The position numbers and the translations under genes are program-made. A stretch of DNA of 61,430 bases from an uncultured bacterium. GTDB taxonomy: Bacteria > CSSED10-310 > CAZUFC01. Shown piece by piece: positions 59,892 through 61,430 of this stretch; within the stretch, counting starts at the first letter, position 1; every line of letters begins with the position of its first letter. The notes beneath the pieces are model-generated. The model had not been told where the DNA came from, did not search any database, and worked only from the letters and a program-made list of their open reading frames with translations. The stretch is taken from the NCBI GenBank assembly GCA_964619725.1, contig CAZUFC010000033.1, positions 5,276 through 66,705 of the forward strand, given 5' to 3'.

Positions 59892-61430
59892 GCGCTGTAA
59901 GTCTGCCATCGCTCCAGCATCAAATCGGTCATGTCGTCGTACAGTCTGGCGCGGTCATCCGGGAGTTTCCCGTGGGAAAAATGAAGCGAAGCCATCATGG
60001 TAAGCCGCATGGGATTCCTGGCCAGTTCATACAGGTCTTCTCTTTTGACCGCCTGCCGCAGTTTGCCGATTAATTTGTTCACGTCTTCTTTAAGTTTCCA
60101 TTGCAGACGGCAGGCTTCCCTGTACCAGCAATCTATGAACAGGTCGATTTTGTCCGGATCGAATTCCGCCAGCTCATAATGCTCGAAGTCCTGCAGATCA
60201 TCCTCGAATCGATTATAGGCGTAATTACGGCAGGTGATTATCCACCGGTTGTCCGGATGGTTGTTTTCCTTGACGAATTCAAGGATGGACGACACGGCTG
60301 CCTGTAATTTTTCCTTTTCAGACACCTCGTCCAGACCATCGAAAAAGAATATCGCTTTTCCCTCATCAAGCAACGTTCTTACATGCTGATCGAAATCTTC
60401 GACGCCCTTGCCATACATCCATTCGCCCAGGTAATCCCACAGGCCGGAAGCTTTTCCATTGCAGTGATCTCGTGCAGCAAAATTGCTCACCACAATCTTG
60501 ACCGGCATCAGCGGACCCGCTTTCCAGGCCGGCTTCAGAAGCTTCATCCAGTCCTTGCGATCGACCGCAGATGGGGCCCCGGTTGATTCCAGGCGTGCTC
60601 CGGCCAGACAGAGACCCAGGTAATCGACGAAAGTTGATTTGCCGCCGCCGGGAGCCCCCGTCAATACCATTCTGTTTTCCCGGGAGGTCGCTTCCAATGC
60701 CGACAATGGTCTGAATTCTTTCACGGCTCTGCCCAGTATTGATTCTTTTTTACCTGGTTTGTTTTCGTCCTGCTCCTGGATGGTCGCCATCGTATCAAGA
60801 TTCACATAGACCGGCAGAAGGGACATCTTCTTGCTGCCTGTTCCACCATGAGCCTTCGGATCGATGATCTGCAACGGCAGCTCATTGAACATCGACTGGA
60901 TGCAGCGGAGATACTTTGGCTCCATGGTATCGTAATCCTGCTTTCGTGGTTTTGGTTTTTGCATGACCGGTCGAGTCTTTTTTCCATTTTGATGAAAACC
61001 GGTTTCGGCGAATCGGAATTGGTATATGCCGTCTTCTATATTTTCATAGGACTCATTATCGCAAGTCCAGAATTCACGGCCTTCAAAGCTGTATTTCCTA
61101 AGGTATATTTTTCCTTCTCCGGCACCAAAATCCAAATCCACAAAGTTGTATTTGTTGGGATATTCCCTTGAAGCGTATGCAGCTCCTCCAGATATAATCA
61201 TCGGACAAGAATCAGGGTCAATTTGTCTTTGAATCCTGGTTTTATGTAGATGCCCTCGCAAAATGAATTTACAGATATTTTTTATCTCGTCTTCCGTTTT
61301 CTCACAATCGATTTCATTAAGATATTCGAACGGATGATGCATGAGAGCTATCCTGATGTCGTTTTTTTTTTTTTTTTTAAGACCTTTTTTAAGCATTTTT
61401 TTCTTTTTAACAGTTTTTTTTCTTCTTTTT
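59735..61430 (-). pseudogene. Metallophosphoesterase-NACHT NTPase; 5' end beyond the window, 3' end truncated by the MITE-like repeat
   Basis: IALMHHP..ILRGHLH (calcineurin-like); GAPGGGKST; FFFDGLDEV; ITCR; LARNPMRLTMM; LPDDRARLY. The last ~50 codons are repeat-derived. Confidence 0.75.

Noticed and set aside
61361-61430. Poly-T tract giving the MLKKGLKKKKK start of the NACHT ORF
   Set aside because: Probably low-quality contig-end sequence. The phosphoesterase domain is incomplete, so the true start lies outside the window.

Overview
A 61.4-kb chromosomal window from an anaerobic bacterium. The C-terminal domains of its secreted proteins recall candidate phyla such as CSSED10-310, but that is from memory and unverified. 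From left to right it holds: two tandem paralogous surface proteins (choice-of-anchor-L-like, Ig-like, Pro/Thr linker), each behind a conserved sigma54-type promoter; a 12-gene Mrp-linked group 4 [NiFe]-hydrogenase operon; preTA; a GT39-like glycosyltransferase and a NUDIX hydrolase; an IPTL-CTERM protein; an Nqr/Rnf-like operon without NqrA or RnfC; M16/M16/M3-like peptidases; two beta-propeller-type secreted proteins; a decayed gene; a MenA1-MenT1-like toxin-antitoxin pair; housekeeping enzymes; and a collagen-like protein. The best candidate for an undescribed system is the AT-rich, tightly coupled 8-gene operon at 49214-59395. It joins a ClpB-D2-like AAA+ ATPase and an orphan NrdG-like radical SAM enzyme to degenerate vWA-like and FGE-like proteins, a HEAT-repeat protein, a TRAFAC GTPase, a GAP1-N2 protein and a coiled-coil protein. 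It converges on a metallophosphoesterase-NACHT gene whose 3' end is replaced by a MITE-like repeat that also occurs at about 36.8 kb. All family calls come from motifs read by eye; no searches were run.
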